This document shows positions 35,323 to 43,544 of a stretch of 64,000 bases of DNA, one piece after another (position 1 is the first letter of the stretch; every line of letters starts with the position of its first letter). The stretch is from an uncultured Eubacteriales bacterium (GTDB lineage Bacteria > Bacillota > Clostridia > Oscillospirales > Acutalibacteraceae). The stretch spans positions 460 to 64,459 of the forward strand of contig ONYN01000122.1 in NCBI GenBank assembly GCA_900322085.1. Direction: 5' to 3'. A model generated the notes under the pieces. That model was not told the DNA's origin. It saw only the letters and a list, made by a program, of their open reading frames with translations, and searched no databases. The position numbers and the translations under genes were made by a program.

Positions 35323-35862
35323 GTGGCAAAAGACGGTACTAACAGAGGCGGTCCAAGAGTCGGTGCAGGCCGAAAATCAAAGGCACTGACCGATAAAATC
35401 GCTGACGGCAGACTGAATGGTGCGATGGTTCTCCCTGAACCAGCCGAGATTGAAGGCGCTGACGTTCCTCCGATCAAGGACTACCTGAAAGCTGCTCAAA
35501 AAAGCGGCAAGGACCTGTGCGCCGAGGAGGTCTACCGGGACACTTGGAACTGGCTCAAGGCTCGCGGCTGTGAAATGTTAGTAAACAACCAGCTCATCGA
35601 GCAATACGCCATGTCCGTCTCCAGATGGATTCAGTGTGAGGAATGTATCTCCGAGTACGGTTTTCTTGCCAAACATCCCACTACCGGAAATGCCATCGCT
35701 TCTCCCTATGTAGCGATGAGCCAAACCTACATGAAGCAGGTCAATCAGGTCTGGTATCAGATCTACCAGATCGTAAAGGAAAACTGCTCCGTTGAGTACG
35801 GAGGAAGAAGTCCACAGGACGATTTGATGGAGCGCCTGCTTACAGCACGAAGAGGAAACTAA
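35323..35862 (+). CDS. Terminase small subunit (P27 family-like)
   Basis: Matching segments are GGPRVGAGRKSKALTDKIADG ... LVNNQLIEQYAMSVSRWIQCEE ... SPYVAMSQTYMKQVNQVWYQI. The start is uncertain. I prefer GTG 35323 after GAGGTG over the ORF-track start at 35236. Confidence 0.7.
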   Translation: MAKDGTNRGGPRVGAGRKSKALTDKIADGRLNGAMVLPEPAEIEGADVPPIKDYLKAAQKSGKDLCAEEVYRDTWNWLKARGCEMLVNNQLIEQYAMSVSRWIQCEECISEYGFLAKHPTTGNAIASPYVAMSQTYMKQVNQVWYQIYQIVKENCSVEYGGRSPQDDLMERLLTARRGN

Positions 35863-35878
35863 TATCGGAGGTATTTTT

Positions 35879-36670
35879 ATGTTTGAAAAAGTCAATCCAG
35901 CACATCCCGACAAGGTGGCTGACCGCATTGCCGGTGCCCTTGTCGATCTTGCGTACCAGAAAGAAAGCAATCCCAGAATTGCGGTCGAAGTTCTTATCGG
36001 GCACGGCACCTGCCACATCATCGCAGAGACGTCCGTACCGCTCGAACCAGCTGATGTTGTTGCTGCTGTACAAAGCATCGCCGGGGACCTTATCGTCGAC
36101 TACCGCGAGGTCGCTCAGGATGAGCATCTGGCAGACAACCAGATCGACGGCATCCACTGCGGTGACAACGGCATCTTTAAGGGTGTACCTGTTACCGAAG
36201 AGCAGAAGCAGCTGACCAGCATTGCCGACTTCCTTTATAAGGTCTACGCCAGCGACGGTAAATACATTTTAGATGGCGACCGGCTTATCATCTGTCAGAG
36301 CAATGCGAAGAACGCGAACCTGCGCGAGACCTATCCCAATGCCGAGATCAATCCGCTCGGTGAATGGACCGGCGGTACGGATGTCGATACCGGCGCTACC
36401 AACCGCAAGCTCGGCAGCGATATGGGCGATTCCGTCACCGGCGGCGGTCTTCACGGCAAGGACCTGTCGAAGGCCGACGTCAGCGTGAACATCTACGCAT
36501 GGCTGAAGGCTCAGGAAACCGGAAGGCCGGTCGAGCTTTGCTGCGCCATCGGTGATGCCGATGTGTGCGGTATCCCTTACAGAGAAATCGTAGAAACAGC
36601 GAGAACCTTCATCCGCTCTATCGGCGGCTTTGAAAAATTCGCTGAGTGGGGTCTTGTCTATGAATATTGA
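35879..36670 (+). CDS. Miniature S-adenosylmethionine synthetase (MetK)-like protein, 263 aa
   Basis: MetK signature blocks are retained: AHPDKVADRIAGALVD, RIAVEVLIGHG, HCGDNGIFKG and GGTDVDTGATNRKLGSDMGDSVTGGGLHGKDLSKADVS. The protein is ~130 aa shorter than canonical MetK. Confidence 0.7.
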   Translation: MFEKVNPAHPDKVADRIAGALVDLAYQKESNPRIAVEVLIGHGTCHIIAETSVPLEPADVVAAVQSIAGDLIVDYREVAQDEHLADNQIDGIHCGDNGIFKGVPVTEEQKQLTSIADFLYKVYASDGKYILDGDRLIICQSNAKNANLRETYPNAEINPLGEWTGGTDVDTGATNRKLGSDMGDSVTGGGLHGKDLSKADVSVNIYAWLKAQETGRPVELCCAIGDADVCGIPYREIVETARTFIRSIGGFEKFAEWGLVYEY

Positions 36671-37895
36671 AAAGAAGAAAACGGCGGAGCTGCTTCCCGC
36701 AGAATACAATCCCCGTAAAGACCTGAAACCCGGAGATGAGGAATACGAAAAGCTGAAGCGCTCCATTGAGGAGTTCGGATACGTGGAACCGGTCATCTGG
36801 AACAAGAAAACCGGACGCGTGGTCGGCGGTCACCAGCGTCTTAAGGTCCTGATTGACCTTGGCATCACCGAAGTAGACTGCGTCGTGGTTGAAATGGATG
36901 AGGCAAAGGAAAAGGCGCTGAACATCGCTCTGAACAAGATCAGCGGCGATTGGGATAAGGATAAGCTGGCTCTCCTCATCGCGGATCTCCAAGGCGAGGA
37001 CTTTGATGTATCGCTCACCGGTTTTAATCCGGCAGAGATCGACGACCTCTTCAAGGCCAGCTTGAAGGACGGAATTCACGATGACGATTTCGATGTGGAT
37101 GCAGAACTGCAGAAGCCCACTTTCACCAAGGCCGGAGACATCTGGACGCTTGGAAAGCACAGGCTGGTCTGCGGTGACTCCACCAAGAAAGAGACCTATG
37201 ACACCCTGATGGACGGCGTCAAAGCGAATCTCGTGATTACCGATCCTCCGTATAACGTGAACTACGAAGGCAGCGCCGGAAAGATCAAAAACGATAACAT
37301 GGCGAACGACGCCTTTTATCAGTTCCTGCTCGACGCCTTCACCAACATGGAAGCCGTCATGACCGACGACGCCTCCATCTATGTGTTCCATGCCGATACC
37401 GAGGGACTCAACTTCCGCAGGGCTTTCGCCGATGCGGGATTTTATTTGTCCGGCTGCTGCATCTGGAAGAAGCAGTCGCTGGTGCTCGGACGCAGCCCCT
37501 ATCAGTGGCAGCACGAGCCGGTCCTCTACGGCTGGAAGAAAAACGGCAAGCACCAGTGGTACACGGGCCGCAAGGAAACGACCATCTGGGAATTTGATAA
37601 ACCGAAGAAAAACGGCGACCATCCGACCATGAAGCCGATTGCGCTTCTGGCGTACCCGATCATGAATTCCTCCATGAGCAATGCCGTGGTGCTTGATCCC
37701 TTCGGCGGTTCCGGCAGCACTCTGATTGCCTGTGAGCAGTCCGAGCGCATCTGCTATACCGTAGAGCTCGACGAGAAGTTCTGCGACGTCATCGTCAAGC
37801 GGTACATCGAGCAGGTCGGTTCCGCTGATGGCGTGACGGTACAGCGCGACGGCGTGACCTTCCGGTATGATGAAGTGTCTAATGTAGACGAATGA
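36660..37895 (+). CDS. ParB-like nuclease domain fused to N6A/N4C DNA methyltransferase
   Basis: The ParB-N-like segment is LPAEYNPRKDL ... GYVEPVIWNKKTGRVVGGHQRLKVL. The MTase motifs are LVITDPPYNVNY and HPTMKPIALLAYPI ... VLDPFGGSGSTLIACE. The start overlaps the MetK-like stop by 11 nt. Confidence 0.85.
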   Translation: MNIEKKKTAELLPAEYNPRKDLKPGDEEYEKLKRSIEEFGYVEPVIWNKKTGRVVGGHQRLKVLIDLGITEVDCVVVEMDEAKEKALNIALNKISGDWDKDKLALLIADLQGEDFDVSLTGFNPAEIDDLFKASLKDGIHDDDFDVDAELQKPTFTKAGDIWTLGKHRLVCGDSTKKETYDTLMDGVKANLVITDPPYNVNYEGSAGKIKNDNMANDAFYQFLLDAFTNMEAVMTDDASIYVFHADTEGLNFRRAFADAGFYLSGCCIWKKQSLVLGRSPYQWQHEPVLYGWKKNGKHQWYTGRKETTIWEFDKPKKNGDHPTMKPIALLAYPIMNSSMSNAVVLDPFGGSGSTLIACEQSERICYTVELDEKFCDVIVKRYIEQVGSADGVTVQRDGVTFRYDEVSNVDE

Positions 37896-37944
37896 GGGCC
37901 TCGGTTTTCCCCTGATAATTGGTACATTTATTTTTCAAATATAG

Positions 37945-37979
37945 CTTGCTATTTACAGGCTTTAGAGTGATATATGTAC
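37945..37979 (+). promoter_or_regulatory. Copy 1 of a three-copy conserved promoter-like element
   Basis: The sequence is cTTGCTAtttacaggctttagagtGATATATgtac, a -35-like TTGCTA, 17 nt, then GATATA(T). Near-identical copies lie at 39130 and 60374. Confidence 0.65.
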
Positions 37980-38006
37980 CTACCAAAAAACAAGGAGGTA
38001 CCCTCA

Positions 38007-38678
38007 ATGAAAGAACTTCACTACAACGTAACCGGACAGGATCGCAAAGAGATGGTCGGTGTCATCTCCAAGGTGATCGGCATGAAGGCGGTCTACAAAT
38101 TCATGCCCACCTGCGCATTCGTCATCAGCAACATCACCGTCGAGAAGGACGGCACGATGGTTTGGGACGAGCGCACCGATCAGGACACCATCGAGGCGGT
38201 CATCATCGCCCTTGCAGCTGCAGGCTTCAACCCCGCAAAGGACGAGGACGAGGCTGAAGAAACCGGCCTCACGGTTGAGATCCCGCTGGAGCATGTACAA
38301 GTCGGCAACCTGCTCAAGCTGCTGGACGCCAAGGGCAGCCTGATTAAAAAGGCGCTCGGTACCGACGACATTGGCATCGAAGTCAAACAGGACCGTGTCG
38401 CGTTCCCGTGGTTCAGCACCCTTCCGGAGCCCGACGAGATCAAGGCCTACAGCCACTTCATCACTGCGCTTTGCAAGCTGGCCAAGGACGCCAAGCGAGT
38501 AAACGCGACTGAAAAGGAAGTCGACAACGAGAAGTACGCCTTCCGCTGCTTCCTTCTCAGGCTCGGCTTCATCGGCGATGAGTACAAGGCTGAACGGAAG
38601 ATCCTTCTCCGCAACCTTTCCGGTTCCTCGGCCTTTAAGAGCGGCTCGAAAAAGACGGAGGTGGAAACATGCGAATGA
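38007..38678 (+). CDS. Hypothetical cargo protein (223 aa)
   Basis: The ATG follows a CAAGGAGGT RBS. It contains the distinctive segment EKYAFRCFLLRLGFIGDEYKAERKILLRNLSGSSAFK. I recall this from uncharacterised Clostridia mobile-element proteins but cannot assign a function. Confidence 0.6.
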   Translation: MKELHYNVTGQDRKEMVGVISKVIGMKAVYKFMPTCAFVISNITVEKDGTMVWDERTDQDTIEAVIIALAAAGFNPAKDEDEAEETGLTVEIPLEHVQVGNLLKLLDAKGSLIKKALGTDDIGIEVKQDRVAFPWFSTLPEPDEIKAYSHFITALCKLAKDAKRVNATEKEVDNEKYAFRCFLLRLGFIGDEYKAERKILLRNLSGSSAFKSGSKKTEVETCE

Positions 38679-38899
38679 TTTCTAAAGCGGCCTTACAGGG
38701 CCTACGTGAGCGATACAAGCCCGGTGTCCGCGTCGAGCTTTTGAAGATGGACGATCTTCAGGCACCTCCCATCGGGACTCGCGGTACGGTGATCGGTGTA
38801 GACGATATCGGCTCCATCATGGTGAATTGGGACAATGGCTCCGGCCTGTCCGTGGCCTACGGCGAAGATCTCTGCAGGGTGGTGAGTGACGATGACTGA
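38669..38899 (+). CDS. DUF4314-like small protein
   Basis: The segment is PGVRVELLKMDDLQAPPIGTRGTVIGVDDIGSIMVNWDNGSGLSV. Confidence 0.6.
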   Translation: MRMISKAALQGLRERYKPGVRVELLKMDDLQAPPIGTRGTVIGVDDIGSIMVNWDNGSGLSVAYGEDLCRVVSDDD

Positions 38900-39068
38900 A
38901 ACGATCAAAAAGCAGATCCTCGCCATCCGGGACACCGGTCTGACGAACATGTTTGATACGAACATGGTGCAGCGGCTGGCCTACGAAAGAAACTACTTTG
39001 AACTGGTGGTTTTTATCGAGGAGCATCGCAAGGAATACGTGCATTTCATCCTCTACGGCGAGGCATAA
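38886..39068 (+). CDS. DUF5049-like small protein
   Basis: The segment is ILAIRDTGLTNMFDTNMVQRLAYERNYFELVVFIEEH. Confidence 0.55.
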   Translation: MTMTETIKKQILAIRDTGLTNMFDTNMVQRLAYERNYFELVVFIEEHRKEYVHFILYGEA

Positions 39069-39129
39069 AGTACACAATTTCCGGCCCGAATCTTTGTGTA
39101 AAATACTTCGGATTATATCGCAGAAATGA

Positions 39130-39164
39130 CTTGCTATTTCAGGCGTTTAGAGTGATATATACAC
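39130..39164 (+). promoter_or_regulatory. Copy 2 of the conserved promoter-like element
   Basis: The sequence is cTTGCTAtttcaggcgtttagagtGATATATacac. It lies 38 nt upstream of the ATG at 39202. Confidence 0.65.
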
Positions 39165-39201
39165 TACCGAAAGGAAATACACACAAACGGAGGAACCCAC
39201 C

Positions 39202-39531
39202 ATGAAGAACGCCTACGAAATCAGAAAGCACTTCGGAACCATCGGAGATTACAACACCAGCATCGCCCGCGACGAATTCGAGCAGCTTTTCCACAAGACC
39301 GAAGAAAAGGTCACCTTCACCTTCGGCGGCTGGGATGGCAAGAGCTACGACGGCGAGAGCCGCACGAGCCGGGTCTACCGCACAAGCTACCCCGGATTCG
39401 AGGAGATCCGCTTCATCAAGGTCGGCAAGCACCTGCACAACATCGACGAGGATGACTTCCGAATCGAAAAGGCAACCGGCGAGAGCCACCCCACCGCCAG
39501 CTGGGTGATCGACGTCCGCAAGGCACAGTAA
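39202..39531 (+). CDS. Hypothetical cargo protein (109 aa)
   Basis: It has a GGAGGAA RBS. I recognise no motif. Confidence 0.55.
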   Translation: MKNAYEIRKHFGTIGDYNTSIARDEFEQLFHKTEEKVTFTFGGWDGKSYDGESRTSRVYRTSYPGFEEIRFIKVGKHLHNIDEDDFRIEKATGESHPTASWVIDVRKAQ

Positions 39532-39544
39532 GGAGGAAGGAACT

Positions 39545-39799
39545 ATGTGGAGCGAAGGAACCATCGGAATCCCCGACGCCAAGAACAAGGGCAAGTACAC
39601 GGTTTGCCATTATTGGGTGAAGCACTACGAGGAGCCCAGCGAACTCTACGGCATCAACGGCGGCAAGATCAGCAAGCTGACGATCCGGATTAACGGCAAG
39701 ACCACCGCCAACTACGACAGAGGCTGGGACATCGAACCTGCCGAAGACGATATGGCAACGCAGATGGCATACTGCATCCTGCTCGAAAACTACAACTAA
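39545..39799 (+). CDS. Hypothetical cargo protein (84 aa)
   Basis: It has an AAGGAGGAAGG RBS. I recognise no motif. Confidence 0.55.
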   Translation: MWSEGTIGIPDAKNKGKYTVCHYWVKHYEEPSELYGINGGKISKLTIRINGKTTANYDRGWDIEPAEDDMATQMAYCILLENYN

Positions 39800-39906
39800 G
39801 AATCGGAAAACAAAAGATTCCGGGGACGAGCCGAAAGGCTCTGTTCCTCGTTATGGACGGTCGCTTGAGGCGGCTATTTTTTATGCCTTTTTGGAGGTGA
39901 TAAGAC

Positions 39907-41508
39907 TTGAGGCAACTGAAAAAATACAAACCGACGCAGTTCAAAGCAAAGGACTCTGTTTACAGCAAGGAACGCGCCGACTTCGCAGTGTCCTTCATCG
40001 AATGCCTGTGTCACACAAAAGGTACGTGGGCCGGAAAGCCCTTCACCCTGATTGATTGGCAGGAGCAGATTATCCGAGACATCTTCGGAATCCTCAAGCC
40101 GAACGGATACCGGCAGTTCAACACCGCCTACATTGAGATCCCCAAGAAGATGGGCAAATCGGAGCTTGCGGCTGCGGTCGCGCTTCTGCTCACATGCGGC
40201 GACGGTGAGGAACGGGCTGAGGTTTACGGCTGCGCTGCAGACCGACAGCAGGCTTCCATTGTTTTTGAGGTCGCTGCGGACATGGTCCGTATGTGTCCAG
40301 CGCTGAACCGGCGAGTAAAGATTCTGACGGCAACAAAACGAATTGTCTACACGCCTACGAACAGCTTCTATCAGGTGCTTTCAGCCGAGGCATATTCCAA
40401 GCATGGCTTTAACATCCACGGCGTGGTATTCGACGAGCTGCACACCCAGCCGAACCGGAAGCTCTTTGATGTTATGACCAAGGGGTCCGGCGATGCTCGA
40501 ATGCAGCCGCTGTACTTCTTGATTACGACTGCCGGAACGGATACCAAGTCCATCTGCTACGAAACACATCAGAAAGCAAAGGACATTCTGGAAGGCCGGA
40601 AGATCGATCCGACATTCTATCCGGTGATCTATGGTGCGGATGAAAATGACGACTGGACTGACCCAAAGGTCTGGAAGAAGGCAAACCCCTCTCTCGGCAT
40701 AACGGTCGGTATCGATAAGGTCCGGGCCGCCTGCGAATCGGCAAAGCAGAATCCCGCCGAGGAGAACTCCTTCCGACAGCTCAGGCTCAATCAGTGGGTC
40801 AAGCAAGCTGTGCGCTGGATGCCTATGGAGAAATGGGACCGATGCGCATTTGCCGTGAATGAGGAAGATCTGGAAGGCCGCGTCTGCTACGGCGGCTTGG
40901 ACCTTTCAAGCACAACGGATATCACAGCATTCGTGCTGGTGTTTCCTCCGCTGGATGAAGACGACAAGTTCGTGATCCTGCCGTACTTCTGGATACCAGA
41001 GGACAACATGCTCCAACGGGTCAATCGAGACCACGTTCCTTATGATGTGTGGGAGCGTCAAGGCTTCCTGCAAACGACCGAAGGCAATGTCGTTCACTAC
41101 GGCTATATCGAGAGGTTCATCGAAAACCTCGGAGAGCGCTTCAACATCCGCGAGATCGCCTTTGACCGCTGGGGAGCCGTGCAGATGGTACAGAACCTTG
41201 AGGGTATGGGCTTTACCGTTGTTCCTTTCGGTCAGGGCTTTAAGGATATGTCCCCACCGACGAAGGAGCTCATGAAACTCACGCTTGAGGAGCGTGTCGC
41301 CCACGGAGGCCATCCCGTCCTCCGCTGGATGATGGATAACATTTACGTGCGGACGGACCCTGCCGGGAATATCAAGCCCGACAAGGAAAAGTCCACAGAG
41401 AAGATAGACGGCGCTGTGGCAACAGTCATGGCGCTGGACCGCGCAATCAGGTGCGGCAACGATATGACCGAGAGTGTCTACGATACACGCGGTCTTTTAT
41501 TTTTATGA
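39907..41508 (+). CDS. Terminase large subunit
   Basis: The Walker A-like segment is IEIPKKMGKSELAA. The ATPase segments are VVFDELH and LITTAGTD. The C-terminal nuclease region is GGLDLSSTTDITA ... IAFDRWGA ... KIDGAVATVMAL. It has a TTG start after GGAGGTG. Confidence 0.85.
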   Translation: MRQLKKYKPTQFKAKDSVYSKERADFAVSFIECLCHTKGTWAGKPFTLIDWQEQIIRDIFGILKPNGYRQFNTAYIEIPKKMGKSELAAAVALLLTCGDGEERAEVYGCAADRQQASIVFEVAADMVRMCPALNRRVKILTATKRIVYTPTNSFYQVLSAEAYSKHGFNIHGVVFDELHTQPNRKLFDVMTKGSGDARMQPLYFLITTAGTDTKSICYETHQKAKDILEGRKIDPTFYPVIYGADENDDWTDPKVWKKANPSLGITVGIDKVRAACESAKQNPAEENSFRQLRLNQWVKQAVRWMPMEKWDRCAFAVNEEDLEGRVCYGGLDLSSTTDITAFVLVFPPLDEDDKFVILPYFWIPEDNMLQRVNRDHVPYDVWERQGFLQTTEGNVVHYGYIERFIENLGERFNIREIAFDRWGAVQMVQNLEGMGFTVVPFGQGFKDMSPPTKELMKLTLEERVAHGGHPVLRWMMDNIYVRTDPAGNIKPDKEKSTEKIDGAVATVMALDRAIRCGNDMTESVYDTRGLLFL

Positions 41509-41525
41509 AAGGATGGTGATGAGAT

Positions 41526-42887
41526 ATGGGTATTTTCAGTGGCTTGTTCAAATCCAGAGATAAGCCCAAGGACAGCACAGCTGGTTCCAGATACACCTTC
41601 TACATGGGCGGCACCACCTCCGGAAAAGCGGTCACGGAACGCAGCGCCATGCAGATGACAGCGGTTTACTCCTGCGTTCGTATTCTGGCTGAGGCAATTG
41701 CTGGACTCCCACTTCACGTTTACCGATACAAGGAAGATGGCGGCAAGGAAAAAGCCATCGACCATTCGCTTTACCTGCTGCTGCACGATGAGCCGAATCC
41801 AGAGATGAGCTCGTTTGTGTTCAGAGAAACCCTGATGACACACCTTCTCCTCTGGGGTAACGCCTACGCGCAGATTATCCGCAATGGCAAGGACGAAGTT
41901 GTGGCTCTATATCCTCTGATGCCAAACAAGATGTCCGTAGATCGTAATGAAGCTGGGCAGCTGTATTACCAGTATCTTCGCAGCGTAGATGAAGCCGGTG
42001 GCAAGAACGAAACCGTAATCCTCCAGCCGAGAGATGTGCTCCACATTCCCGGCCTCGGCTTTGATGGCCTTGTGGGATACAGCCCGATTGCGATGGCGAA
42101 AAACGCTATCGGTCTTGCGATTGCTACGGAGGAATACGGAGCTAAGTTCTTTGCGAACGGCGCTGCGCCTTCCGGTGTTCTGGAGCATCCGGGGACGATT
42201 AAAGACCCGCAGCGCGTCAGAGAGGCTTGGCAGAGCCAGTTCGGAGGCTCACAAAACAGCGGAAAGATCGCTGTGCTGGAAGAAGGCATGAAATACACGC
42301 CCATATCCATTTCTCCGGAACAGGCGCAGTTCCTCGAAACGCGAAAATTTCAAATCAATGAGATAGCTCGAATTTTCAGAGTCCCACCTCACATGGTCGG
42401 CGACCTTGAGAAGTCGAGCTTTTCAAATATTGAGCAGCAATCCCTTGAGTTTGTGAAGTACACGCTGGACCCGTGGGTGATCCGCTGGGAACAGTCCATG
42501 CAGAGACGGCTCCTATCTACCGACGAGAAAAACACGTATTTCGTAAAGTTCAATTTGGAAGGCTTGCTCCGTGGAGATTACCAAAGCCGCATGAACGGTT
42601 ATGCCACAGCAAGGCAGAACGGTTGGATGAGCGCAAACGATATCCGTGAGCTTGAAAACCTCGACCGTATCCCTACCGAGGCCGGTGGTGATCTCTACCT
42701 TATCAACGGCAATATGCTCCCGCTGCAACAGGCCGGAGCCTTTGCAAATACACAGAACGATGACGGAAAGGAGGAAAACACCGATGAAGAAGTTCTGGAA
42801 GTGGAAGAATCAGGCACAGACGGAGACGGCTCCGGCTCAGAGGACGCTGTATCTAAACGGAACAATCGCAGAGGAAAGCTGGTTTGA
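41526..42887 (+). CDS. Portal protein (HK97 family)
   Basis: Its position follows TerL. Matching segments are SAMQMTAVYSCVRILAEAIAGLPL ... LLWGNAY ... GYSPI. It has an acidic C-terminal tail. Confidence 0.85.
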   Translation: MGIFSGLFKSRDKPKDSTAGSRYTFYMGGTTSGKAVTERSAMQMTAVYSCVRILAEAIAGLPLHVYRYKEDGGKEKAIDHSLYLLLHDEPNPEMSSFVFRETLMTHLLLWGNAYAQIIRNGKDEVVALYPLMPNKMSVDRNEAGQLYYQYLRSVDEAGGKNETVILQPRDVLHIPGLGFDGLVGYSPIAMAKNAIGLAIATEEYGAKFFANGAAPSGVLEHPGTIKDPQRVREAWQSQFGGSQNSGKIAVLEEGMKYTPISISPEQAQFLETRKFQINEIARIFRVPPHMVGDLEKSSFSNIEQQSLEFVKYTLDPWVIRWEQSMQRRLLSTDEKNTYFVKFNLEGLLRGDYQSRMNGYATARQNGWMSANDIRELENLDRIPTEAGGDLYLINGNMLPLQQAGAFANTQNDDGKEENTDEEVLEVEESGTDGDGSGSEDAVSKRNNRRGKLV

Positions 42888-43530
42888 CGATGACGTCACT
42901 CCTCAGCTGTTCAAGGAGGAGCTCATGAGCGGCTCTGGCGACATTACCGTTTGGATCAATTCTCCCGGTGGTGACTGCGTGGCCGCAGCGCAGATTTACA
43001 ACATGCTGATCGATTATGAGGGCAACGTGACAGTCAAGATTGACGGCATCGCTGCGTCGGCTGCATCCGTCATTGCGATGGCTGGCACCAAGGTCCTTAT
43101 GTCCCCGGTCTCAATGCTCATGATTCACAACCCGATGACCATCGCTATGGGCGACAGGGCCGAGATGGAAAAAGCCATCGAGATGCTGTCCGAAGTCAAG
43201 GAAAGCATCATGAACGCTTATGAAATCAAGTCCGGGCTCTCCCGTGCGAAGATCTCTCATCTGATGGATGCCGAAACGTGGATGAATGCGAACAAGGCAA
43301 AAGAGCTCGGCTTTATTGACGAGATTCTCTCCCGCGAGGACCGCTCCGAAGATGAGGAACAGCCTGCCGCCTCAATGATGTACTCAGAGGCAACCGCAGT
43401 GAATTCCCTGATGGGAAAGATTGCGGAGAAGTGCAGGATCAATGCAAAGCCGGTTCAGCCGGAAAGTCCGAAGGGCCGCTCTGTGACACAGCTCAAAGAG
43501 CAGCTCAATACCATCAAAAAATTCATTTAA
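42784..43530 (+). CDS. ClpP-like head maturation protease
   Basis: The segments are MKKFWKWKN ... TLYLNGTIAEESWFDDDVT ... GDITVWINSPGGD ... ASAASVIAMAG ... MIHNP. The ATG follows AAGGAGGAAAA. It overlaps the portal 3' end by 104 nt. Confidence 0.8.
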   Translation: MKKFWKWKNQAQTETAPAQRTLYLNGTIAEESWFDDDVTPQLFKEELMSGSGDITVWINSPGGDCVAAAQIYNMLIDYEGNVTVKIDGIAASAASVIAMAGTKVLMSPVSMLMIHNPMTIAMGDRAEMEKAIEMLSEVKESIMNAYEIKSGLSRAKISHLMDAETWMNANKAKELGFIDEILSREDRSEDEEQPAASMMYSEATAVNSLMGKIAEKCRINAKPVQPESPKGRSVTQLKEQLNTIKKFI

Positions 43531-43544
43531 TGGAGGTAAACAAA

